Shown one piece after another: positions 19,875 to 27,647 of a stretch of DNA of 64,000 nucleotides; the stretch's first letter is position 1, and the number at the start of each line of letters is the position of its first letter. The translations under genes and the position numbers were made by a program. This DNA is from Calditrichales bacterium (lineage in GTDB: Bacteria > Calditrichota > Calditrichia > Calditrichales > J004). The notes under the pieces were generated by a model that saw only the letters and a list, made by a program, of their open reading frames with translations, searched no databases and was not told where the DNA came from. The DNA is taken from assembly GCA_965267575.1 (NCBI GenBank), contig OZ254086.1, forward strand, positions 704,001 to 768,000, in the 5' to 3' direction.

Positions 19875-20339
19875 ATGAAAAACTACTTAAAAAAAATGCT
19901 TGTTTACGACCTGTGGGCCAATCGCAAAATTATGCAGATGCTGCGTGACATGAACGAACCGGCGGATGACACAATGAAACTGCTGGCTCACCTGTTGCGG
20001 GCGCAGGAACTGTGGTATTGCCGCATCAAAGGCTATAGCCCCTGTAAAATGGAAATCTGGCCACAGCTGAACCAGGAAGAGTGCGCCGCGCTGATCGAGC
20101 AAAACCACAAAAACCTGGCGGCGCTGCTGGAAGCGCAGGATGACCACAGCCTGGGTCAGATCATCGCTTACAAAAACAGCCGCGGGGAAGAATTTAGTAA
20201 TCCGCTGGGTGACATTCTGCTGCACCTGTTTAACCACGGCACCCACCATCGCGCGCAGATTGCCCGCAGCATCCGCCAGGCAGGCACCGCCCCACAGGCC
20301 CTCGATTACATCTTTTATGTCCGCACAAAGGAAAAATAA
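19875..20339 (+). CDS. DinB-family protein
   Basis: 'YDLWANRK', 'LAHLL.AQELW', 'LLHLFNHGTHHRAQI'. Confidence 0.9.
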   Translation: MKNYLKKMLVYDLWANRKIMQMLRDMNEPADDTMKLLAHLLRAQELWYCRIKGYSPCKMEIWPQLNQEECAALIEQNHKNLAALLEAQDDHSLGQIIAYKNSRGEEFSNPLGDILLHLFNHGTHHRAQIARSIRQAGTAPQALDYIFYVRTKEK

Positions 20340-21461
20340 ATGAAACTTTTACTGATACTGCTCTTGCTGGCGGGCTATGTAACGGCCCGGGATGAAGCAC
20401 TGCAAAAAGAGGTTCTCGATTATGCCGCCTCGCAAAAGCTGCCACAGGACACAAGCGGCTTTAACGTAATTGCGCATCTGCCTCCGATAAACCAGGATAC
20501 CACGTCAAGCTGCTGGAGTTTTTCCACGCTCAGCTTTATGGAATCGGAAATGCTGCGGGTAGGCAAGACCGCGCCCCGCCTGGCGATGATGTATCCCGTC
20601 TACCAGGGCTTTATCGAAAAAGCCCGGCGCTATGTCCGCACACGCGGCGAATCCCGTTTTGCCGGTGGCGATCTGTTCAGCGGTGTGCTGGATGTTGTGA
20701 CCCAGCATGGCATCGTTCCCCTTTCCGCCTACCAGGGCGATAACCGTCCGCACTGCTCCACCTACAACCACGATGCGCTTTACGACGAGCTTGACGCATT
20801 GATGAAAACAACCAAAGAACAGGGTCAATGGGATGAAAACCTGGTCCTGGAAAAAGTGCGCGCCATCCTCGACCGCCACATGGGAGCCGCACCGCGCCTG
20901 TTTGATTATGACGGCCAACGCCATACGCCGTTATCGTTTTTGAAGCTGACCGGCCTAAAGGTTGAAGATTTCCAGGCGGTTACATCGTTCAGCTATGCCC
21001 CGTTTGATGAGCTGGCCGTTTTGGACGTGCCGGACAACTGGGGCCGCCAGCAGGTTTATTACAATCTGCCGCTGGAACGTTTCTATAATTTGCTGATTGC
21101 TTCGCTGCAGGCCGGCTACTCCGCTGCCATCGACGCCGATATTTCCGAGACCGGACGCATACCCGAACTGGATACGCACCTGATTCCGCCGTTTGACATC
21201 CCGCAAGAGCACATTAATCAGCAGGCGCGCGATTTACGGTTTGCCAATGGCGCCACCACCGACGACCACCTGATGCATATAGTGGGCTACAAAAACATCG
21301 ACGGTACGGACTGGTTTTTGGTAAAAGACAGCTGGCGCAACGCCTGGGATGGCAGTCATAAAGGCTACTTCTTCATGCGCGGCGATTACGTCAAGTTGAA
21401 AGTATTGGCCTTTATTGTACATAAAGATGCTTTGAAAACGGACCACGCGATTACATTATAA
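20340..21461 (+). CDS. Secreted papain-like C1 cysteine aminopeptidase (PepC/bleomycin hydrolase-like)
   Basis: Signal peptide; 'NQDTTSSCWSFS', 'VPDNW', 'TTDDHLMHIVG', 'VKDSW'. Confidence 0.88.
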   Translation: MKLLLILLLLAGYVTARDEALQKEVLDYAASQKLPQDTSGFNVIAHLPPINQDTTSSCWSFSTLSFMESEMLRVGKTAPRLAMMYPVYQGFIEKARRYVRTRGESRFAGGDLFSGVLDVVTQHGIVPLSAYQGDNRPHCSTYNHDALYDELDALMKTTKEQGQWDENLVLEKVRAILDRHMGAAPRLFDYDGQRHTPLSFLKLTGLKVEDFQAVTSFSYAPFDELAVLDVPDNWGRQQVYYNLPLERFYNLLIASLQAGYSAAIDADISETGRIPELDTHLIPPFDIPQEHINQQARDLRFANGATTDDHLMHIVGYKNIDGTDWFLVKDSWRNAWDGSHKGYFFMRGDYVKLKVLAFIVHKDALKTDHAITL

Positions 21462-21478
21462 TTGTAAGGAACCCTATT

Positions 21479-22591
21479 ATGCCGAAGGAACGCTTGCTCT
21501 CGCTGGATTTTTTCCGTGGCGCCACCATCGCCGCGATGATACTTGTGAACAACCCCGGAACATGGAGCCATATTTACGCGCCGCTTAAGCACGCCGCCTG
21601 GCACGGCTGGACTCCGACTGATCTTATTTTCCCTTTCTTTTTATACATTGTGGGTGTAGCCATTTCGCTGGCGCTTTCCGGTAAAAAAGAGCGTGGAGAG
21701 TCCAAAAAAGAGATCTATAAAAAGGTGGTTCGCCGCACGTTGATTTTGTTTGGGCTGGGTTTGTTTCTTTCAGGCTTCCCGTTTTTTGATTTCAGCACGA
21801 TTCGAATCCCGGGCGTCTTGCAGCGTATCGCGGTCTGCTACTTTATCAGCACGGTTATTTTCCTGCACAGCAGCATCCGCACACAGGCCGTTTGGACGGG
21901 CGGGTTTTTGCTGGTCTACTGGGCGTTGATGGAATGGGTGCCGGTTCCCGGCGTCGGCGCTGGTTCCTATGAAGTCGGCTCCAACTTTGCAGCCTGGATA
22001 GATAGTCTATTGCTTGAAGGCCACATGTGGTCGGCTACAAAAACCTGGGATCCGGAGGGCATCGTCAGCACGTTGCCGGCCATCTCAACCACCCTGTTCG
22101 GCGTGCTGAACGGACACCTTCTGCGTAGCAAAAAGAGCGGCGTAGAAAAAGCCACGATCATGCTGGTTGCCGGTAATATCGCCATCGCCGTTGGAATGGC
22201 CTGGGATGCGGTCCTGCCCATCAACAAGAGTTTGTGGACCAGTTCTTACAGCGTTTTCATGGCCGGCATGGCCGCCGTCTGTCTCGGCATTTCCTACTAC
22301 CTGATCGACGTAAAAGGGTGGCGCAAAGGCATTCAACCCTTTATTGTTTATGGCATGAACGCGATAACGGTATTTGTGCTTTCCGGGTTGGTGGCTAAAA
22401 CGCTCTACCTGGTAAAATGGGACACCGCGTCGGGTGCTACGCAAACGCTCAAGGGCTGGATCGTGGATACGCTTTTTAATAGCTGGCTAAGCCCGATAAA
22501 CGCATCGCTGGGGTTCGCGCTGGTGTTCATTTTTGTCTCTTATCTGGCAATGCTCTGGCTATATAAAAAGAATATTTTCATCAAGATATAG
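21479..22591 (+). CDS. Heparan-alpha-glucosaminide N-acetyltransferase-like membrane protein (NagX/DUF5009)
   Basis: 'RLLSLDFFRG', 'HAAWHGWTPTDLIFPFF', 'GVLQRIA', 'DPEG', 'PINKSLWTSSY'. Confidence 0.9.
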   Translation: MPKERLLSLDFFRGATIAAMILVNNPGTWSHIYAPLKHAAWHGWTPTDLIFPFFLYIVGVAISLALSGKKERGESKKEIYKKVVRRTLILFGLGLFLSGFPFFDFSTIRIPGVLQRIAVCYFISTVIFLHSSIRTQAVWTGGFLLVYWALMEWVPVPGVGAGSYEVGSNFAAWIDSLLLEGHMWSATKTWDPEGIVSTLPAISTTLFGVLNGHLLRSKKSGVEKATIMLVAGNIAIAVGMAWDAVLPINKSLWTSSYSVFMAGMAAVCLGISYYLIDVKGWRKGIQPFIVYGMNAITVFVLSGLVAKTLYLVKWDTASGATQTLKGWIVDTLFNSWLSPINASLGFALVFIFVSYLAMLWLYKKNIFIKI

Positions 22592-22701
22592 GTAAAGGGC
22601 TTAATTTTGTTGTGTCGAATTGATTTTTTACATAGAATTAAAACCGAATTTCTTCACAGGGGGAAATTTCAGTTAGTATTTCATTTTTAAGGAGTCTTGT
22701 T

Positions 22702-22923
22702 ATGTCAGATCGTGTTACCGGCACCGTTAAGTGGTTCGACGTAAAGAAGGGATACGGCTTCATCGTCGGCGATGTCGAGAAGGATATATTTGTTCACTAT
22801 ACCTCCATCCAGGGTGATGGCTTCCGCAAACTGGAAGATGGTCAGCAGGTGGAGTTTACCCTTAAGGAAGGACCAAAAGGGTTTGAAGCGACGGAATGCA
22901 CGGTGGTTGAACAATTAAGTTAA
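22702..22923 (+). CDS. Cold-shock domain protein
   Basis: 'GTVKWF...KGYGFI', 'DIFVHY', 'GFRKL.DGQ.VEF'. Confidence 0.97.
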   Translation: MSDRVTGTVKWFDVKKGYGFIVGDVEKDIFVHYTSIQGDGFRKLEDGQQVEFTLKEGPKGFEATECTVVEQLS

Positions 22924-22941
22924 AATGGATTTGACAAGACG

Positions 22942-22971
22942 AGGCGTGCCCACAAACGGTACGCCTTTTTT
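22942..22971 (+). terminator. Intrinsic terminator after the csp gene
   Basis: AGGCGTGCC/GGTACGCCT stem plus T run. Confidence 0.8.
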
Positions 22972-23010
22972 ATTGTCCTAATAGGTATACTTGATTTAAT
23001 ACTCTTCATT

Positions 23011-23027
23011 TTGCAACTTAGTTGCAA
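23011..23027. promoter_or_regulatory. Perfect 7-3-7 palindrome TTGCAAC-TTA-GTTGCAA, putative Zur/Fur-family operator
   Basis: Exact inverted repeat just downstream of TTGATT (22991-22996) and upstream of a metal-uptake operon. Confidence 0.7.
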
Positions 23028-23080
23028 CTTTTGACCATTGTGGGCATATAACTGCCCAAAGAAATTAACAACCATATCAA

Positions 23081-23383
23081 ATGATTCGCTTAAACCAGAT
23101 CGCAAAAATATCCTTGGCCAGATGGGTTGGGGTTATCCTGATCCTGTTTTTTGCCGGCACCGCTGTGATTGCTTCAGAGCAGCACAACCACAATATCGGC
23201 GAAAAAGCGGTCGATTGCCCCGCGCATATCTTAAGCGTGGCTCTTTCAGCCTGGCAGCCCGTTGGTGGGTTTTCCCTTCCGCCATTGACGGCTTCAGCTT
23301 TTGCGGGCGAATCATTCACGACTTCCTATTTTGGTGAAACAGCTACTCCCTATTTTAATAAAGCTCCGCCACTCTTCTCCTAA
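23081..23383 (+). CDS. Exported leader/uORF protein with HNH and CPAH motifs and C-terminal KAPP (DUF2946/CruR/CutF-like arrest peptide candidate)
   Basis: N-terminal hydrophobic segment, 'EQHNHN...DCPAH', C-terminal 'YFNKAPPLFS*'; lies directly ahead of the lipoprotein and TonB-dependent receptor. Confidence 0.72.
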   Translation: MIRLNQIAKISLARWVGVILILFFAGTAVIASEQHNHNIGEKAVDCPAHILSVALSAWQPVGGFSLPPLTASAFAGESFTTSYFGETATPYFNKAPPLFS

Positions 23384-23468
23384 GTAGTTTCAAACAACCG
23401 GATCATTTCGCCCAAAAGCCGCTCTAAAGGCGGCACGGCGATTTATACATAAACTTATCAGGAGAAGA
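23373..23468 (+). promoter_or_regulatory. Anti-Shine-Dalgarno stem-loop
   Basis: TCTTCTCCT (23373-23381) is exactly complementary to AGGAGAAGA (23460-23468), the RBS of 23474. Extra AGTTT/AAACT pairing and an inner GC hairpin at about 23408-23441. Confidence 0.7.
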
Positions 23469-23473
23469 ATATC

Positions 23474-23944
23474 ATGTTGAAGAATGTTCTTAAGATTTCT
23501 GTTATCGTTTTTGCTTTTCTTTTTGTCTATGCCTGTTCAGAGGATGATAACCCGGTCAGCGGAGGCGACGATCATGCCGATGCTATCGGGATGCGCATCG
23601 TTTCTTCGGGTGTAACGCTTGTTTCCTATATTGGTGATGAGGCCGTGCAAGGCTCTATCACGGTAGAAGAGGGCGTTCTTTCCGCCGGTATGGACATCGA
23701 GTTTTATAATGATGAGGACGAAAGCTGGTTTACACCGCATGAAGACGAAAACTCATTGGGTATTGAAGTTGCAGATACGAACATCGCCCAATACTGGCAG
23801 CATGAAGGCGAAGAAGGCGGTTTTGAATTTCACATCCGGGGAAAGCAGCAGGGTCAGACATCCGTTGTTTTTAGTATTCTGCACGATGAGCATGCTGACT
23901 TTGTTTCCAAAGCAATTCCCGTAGTAGTTACGGCTGATGAATGA
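23474..23944 (+). CDS. Acidic, His-containing lipoprotein (putative metal-binding partner of the receptor)
   Basis: Lipobox 'VYAC'; 'DDHAD', 'PHEDE', 'QHEGEE', 'LHDEHADF'. Confidence 0.8.
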   Translation: MLKNVLKISVIVFAFLFVYACSEDDNPVSGGDDHADAIGMRIVSSGVTLVSYIGDEAVQGSITVEEGVLSAGMDIEFYNDEDESWFTPHEDENSLGIEVADTNIAQYWQHEGEEGGFEFHIRGKQQGQTSVVFSILHDEHADFVSKAIPVVVTADE

Positions 23945-26172
23945 GTCTGACATACATTAGAACTGCATTAGTAACGACATTTTGTCTTTTTACAGTTTTG
24001 GCTGCACGGTCCACCATGCCGCGCAGCCAAAGCTATTTATCCGGCAAAGTAATTGACGTTTCCACGCAACTGCCGGTACCTTACGCCGATATTGTCATTT
24101 CAGAGATAAACCGCTCCGCACAAACGGACAGCGACGGCAATTTCATGCTGCCCAATCTTCCTGAAGGCACTTTTACAGCTAAGGTATTGCACGTGGCCTA
24201 CCGCGAAGGACGCTTTTCAGTTATGCTTACCGCCAGGGACACCACGAACGTCCTGTTTACGCTACGCCCCAATTCGCTTTCCACGGAGGATATTGTTGTA
24301 GTTGGAGAACGCGAGGATATATCCGAATTGGAGAAGGCGGCTGTGGACGTGAGCGGGGAAAAGCTGCGCAAAAACCTGGGTTTGACCATCGCCGAGACAA
24401 TCGATCAGGAAGCAGGGCTGGCACAACGCACACTGGGTCCTGCTCCGGCGCGCCCCGTTATCCGCGGCCTTGACGGTGACCGCGTGCTGATCGTTCAGGA
24501 TGGCGACCGCAATGGCGACTTGTCCGCGACAGCTTTTGACCATGCCGTGGCTATAGACCCGCTTACCTCAAACCGCATTGAAGTGATCCGCGGGCCGCGC
24601 GCGCTGACGCTGGGCTCGAACACGCTGGGCGGTGTTGTAAATGTAGTGCGCGAAACCGTGCCCAACAGCATGCCGCAAAAAATTACCGGTTCAGCGGGTT
24701 TAACCGGTGAGACTGTGAACAACGGCTACGCCGGAGGGCTAAGCTTAAAAGCGCCCGTACAGCCCTTTGTGCTGCACCTGGATGGCAGCTACCGCGAAGC
24801 AGGCGAGCTCCAGACTCCCGAAGGTACACTCAGAAATACATCGCTGTTGACGCAAAGCGCGGCAGCCGGCATCAGCTGGATTCAATCATGGGGACATCTT
24901 GGCGTGGCCGCTGACGTGTATCTCTCGGAGTATGGCATCCCGCCCGATGAGAACGGCCGGACCGGTATCCACAAAAACGGCATCGATATAAACATGGAGC
25001 GCAGCAAGTGGCAATCCACCGCGGAGCTGATAGCACCAGTTGACGGTATTCGCCGCATTGAAGCGGAGTATGATTACACCCGTTACCAGCACAAGGAATT
25101 TGAGCGACAGGATATTCTCGGTTCCGAATTTGGGCTGATCACACAAAATACCAAGCTGAACATTTATGCTGCCGACAACTCCTGGCTCAAAAACGCGCAA
25201 ATCGGCCTGTGGCGTGAATTCCGTGATTTCGCTTCCGGCGCACGGGCCACCACACCTGCCACGGAAGAAATCTCATGGGCGGGCTATGCCTACAATGAGT
25301 TCAAGCTGGGCAGTCTGCAAAGCAGCGTAGCTCTGCGTTTCGAAAGCAAAAATGTGAACCCCGTGAAGCGCGATACTGTCTTTAATGTGGGCGTTATCCG
25401 TGAACGAAACTTCACCAACTGGGCCGCGGCCCTGAAAACCCGGCTGCCGCTCAATAAGCACTACTATGTTAGTGGCGGCATTATCCGTTCGTTCCGGGCG
25501 CCGAGCGTGGAGGAGCTTTTTTCCAACGGCCCGCACCTGGCCGCCTACTCTTTTGAGATCGGCAATCCCGACCTGGATGAAGAAGAAACCCTGGGCGCAG
25601 AAGTGACAGCCGGCTACAGCTCAGACGATCTGGATATAAATTTAACCCTTTTCCATAACCGTATTGACGGTTACCTCTACCCGGCATTTACCGGCAAGAA
25701 GAGCGGCCGCCGCGCCGACCTGGACCTCTACCGCGTCGTTGGGCAGGATGTGACCATGCAGGGTTTTGAGTCAACGGCCGATCTTAGACTCGGCCACCAT
25801 TTCCAGGTCGACGGAACGCTGAGCTATGTCGAGGGCACAATCCGCAATAATGATGAACCGTTGCCCCGTATCCCTCCATTTACATATTCGTTGGGTTTAA
25901 ACCACAAGTGGAACGGCCTCACCAGCGGCATTAAAATGCGCGGCGCTTCCAGCCAGCAAAGAACCGGTGAATTTGAGACATCCACACCAGCCTACGTTGT
26001 TTTCGATCTTTACGCGGAGTACCTGCTACAGGGAGGCGGTCTGCTGCACAGTTTCTCGCTGGCAGTGGAAAATACGCTCGACACGACCTACCGCCAGCAC
26101 CTTAACCGCATAAAGGACATTACGCCGGAAGCCGGACGTGATTTTCGGCTGCTGTATAAAGTGTTTTTTTAG
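23941..26172 (+). CDS. TonB-dependent receptor, ZnuD-like, with N-terminal carboxypeptidase-regulatory-like domain
   Basis: Plug 'GPAPARPVIRGLDGDRV', 'DHAVAIDP...IEVIRGP..L.LGSN..GGVVN'; 'RAPSVEELFSNGPH...FEIGNPDL'; C-terminal Phe. Confidence 0.9.
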   Translation: MSLTYIRTALVTTFCLFTVLAARSTMPRSQSYLSGKVIDVSTQLPVPYADIVISEINRSAQTDSDGNFMLPNLPEGTFTAKVLHVAYREGRFSVMLTARDTTNVLFTLRPNSLSTEDIVVVGEREDISELEKAAVDVSGEKLRKNLGLTIAETIDQEAGLAQRTLGPAPARPVIRGLDGDRVLIVQDGDRNGDLSATAFDHAVAIDPLTSNRIEVIRGPRALTLGSNTLGGVVNVVRETVPNSMPQKITGSAGLTGETVNNGYAGGLSLKAPVQPFVLHLDGSYREAGELQTPEGTLRNTSLLTQSAAAGISWIQSWGHLGVAADVYLSEYGIPPDENGRTGIHKNGIDINMERSKWQSTAELIAPVDGIRRIEAEYDYTRYQHKEFERQDILGSEFGLITQNTKLNIYAADNSWLKNAQIGLWREFRDFASGARATTPATEEISWAGYAYNEFKLGSLQSSVALRFESKNVNPVKRDTVFNVGVIRERNFTNWAAALKTRLPLNKHYYVSGGIIRSFRAPSVEELFSNGPHLAAYSFEIGNPDLDEEETLGAEVTAGYSSDDLDINLTLFHNRIDGYLYPAFTGKKSGRRADLDLYRVVGQDVTMQGFESTADLRLGHHFQVDGTLSYVEGTIRNNDEPLPRIPPFTYSLGLNHKWNGLTSGIKMRGASSQQRTGEFETSTPAYVVFDLYAEYLLQGGGLLHSFSLAVENTLDTTYRQHLNRIKDITPEAGRDFRLLYKVFF

Positions 26173-26276
26173 AAAAGTAAAAAAGCAATACATTTTCTTG
26201 AATTCATAATCCCGAAGCTTTAAATTAGGAACCTTTTCTAATTTCGGATTTATGCGCGAAACGCAGGAGATAAACA

Positions 26277-26489
26277 ATGGCAAAGAAACAAACCTTTGGT
26301 GATAAGCTAAAAAAAACAGGCGGAGATCAGGGTAAATCGGTAAAAGTTGTTTTCAGCTATACGTCGCCAAAGAACGGTGAGATGAAATTTGCTGAGAAGA
26401 TCATCAAAGTATTGCCCGGTGATAACGAGGACCAGCTTGTCAATCAGGAAATAAAGAACGGCCGTGCGCTTTTGGAAGCCAAAGCCTAA
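26277..26489 (+). CDS. DUF4295/bL38-like small basic protein
   Basis: 'MAKK' start and 'SPKNG...F.E.I' motif; immediately precedes rpmB-rpmG. Confidence 0.65.
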   Translation: MAKKQTFGDKLKKTGGDQGKSVKVVFSYTSPKNGEMKFAEKIIKVLPGDNEDQLVNQEIKNGRALLEAKA

Positions 26490-26504
26490 TACAGGAGAAT
26501 AGTA

Positions 26505-26747
26505 ATGTCCAGAGTATGTAAACTTACCGGTAAAAGGCCGCTGGTTGGTAACAATGTGTCGCACTCGAACAACAAGACCAAAATGCGCCAACTGCCGAAT
26601 CTGCAAACCAAGCGCATTTTTGTAAGCGAACTGAACCGCTTTGTGCGCATCAAGCTTTCTGCCCGCGCCCTAAAAACAATCAACCGTAAAGGTTTGATGA
26701 CCTACTTGTCGCAAAAAGGACTGAAGCTTTCCGACGTGGAAGCCTAG
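26505..26747 (+). CDS. rpmB: 50S ribosomal protein L28 (lacks Zn-ribbon Cys set)
   Basis: 'MSRVCKLTGK....GNNVSHSNNKTK....PNLQ.KR'; only one Cys. Confidence 0.97.
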   Translation: MSRVCKLTGKRPLVGNNVSHSNNKTKMRQLPNLQTKRIFVSELNRFVRIKLSARALKTINRKGLMTYLSQKGLKLSDVEA

Positions 26748-26769
26748 TTAAAAAGAAAGGCAACGAAAA

Positions 26770-26931
26770 ATGGCAAAAGCAGGAGCTCGCGAGATTATAA
26801 AGCTGAAAAGCACAGAAAGCTCTTTTATGTATTCCACAAAGAAAAATAAAAGAAACACGACGCAAAAACTGGAAATCAAAAAATACGATCCCATCGTGCG
26901 CAAACACGTGCTTTTTAAAGAATCCAAGTAA
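26770..26931 (+). CDS. rpmG: 50S ribosomal protein L33, Cys-free form (53 aa, absent from the ORF track)
   Basis: Translated by hand: [53 protein letters not shown]. Confidence 0.97.
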   Translation: MAKAGAREIIKLKSTESSFMYSTKKNKRNTTQKLEIKKYDPIVRKHVLFKESK

Positions 26932-26955
26932 TCTCCGTAATCTTTTTTTAAGAAG

Positions 26956-26992
26956 AATCCAACCGTCCTCGCGGATCGTTGGATTTTTTTTT
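26956..26992 (+). terminator. Intrinsic terminator after rpmG
   Basis: AATCCAAC...GTTGGATT stem plus T run. Confidence 0.85.
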
Positions 26993-27018
26993 GCCCGGAT
27001 AACGAAAGGAGGGTCTTC

Positions 27019-27573
27019 ATGGCACTCACGCAAAGCAACGAGATGAAAATCGGCAGCCAGGCGCCCTATTTTGAGCTGCATGATACCGTTACCGGTGACA
27101 CCATTTCGCTGGAACAAATACGCGGCGAGCGGGGCACGCTGATCATGTTTATCTGCAACCACTGCCCCTATGTCATTCATACCTTACCGCAGATTATCAA
27201 AATACCGCGGGAGTACAAGGCAAGCGGCATCAACAGCGCGGCGATAAGCCCGAATGACCCCAACAAAGTGGCACAGGACCACCCGGAACGCATGACGGAG
27301 TTCGCGCTTAAAAACGATTTCGTTTTCCCATACCTGTTTGATGAAAGCCAGCAAACCGCGCGCGATTACGGTGCTGTCTGTACACCGGAATTTTATCTTT
27401 TCGATTCCAATCTGAAACTTTACTACCACGGCCGTTTGGATGAATCATCCCCGGGTAACAAAATGCCGCTTACCGGAAAGGAGCTGCGCGCGGCCCTGGA
27501 CTCTATGTTAAAAAACGCGCCCGCCCCTCAGTCTCAGCACCCGTCGATGGGCTGCAGCATCAAGTGGAAATAG
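27019..27573 (+). CDS. AhpC/TSA-like thioredoxin family protein
   Basis: 'MFICNHCPYV', 'FPYLFDESQ..A..YGAVCTPEF', 'PSMGCSIKWK'. Confidence 0.92.
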   Translation: MALTQSNEMKIGSQAPYFELHDTVTGDTISLEQIRGERGTLIMFICNHCPYVIHTLPQIIKIPREYKASGINSAAISPNDPNKVAQDHPERMTEFALKNDFVFPYLFDESQQTARDYGAVCTPEFYLFDSNLKLYYHGRLDESSPGNKMPLTGKELRAALDSMLKNAPAPQSQHPSMGCSIKWK

Positions 27574-27647
27574 CTGCTTGCATCGTTTTGTATTTTTGCG
27601 TTTTATTATCTCCGTTCAAACTCACTACACAACCTGAAAGGTGACAC

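Noticed and set aside
22592-22701. Structured RNA/thermometer in the csp 5' region
   Set aside because: Only a short hairpin is visible; no recognisable conserved RNA family.
26748-27038. 96-aa minus-strand ORF
   Set aside because: Antisense to the genuine rpmG (26770-26931) and its terminator.
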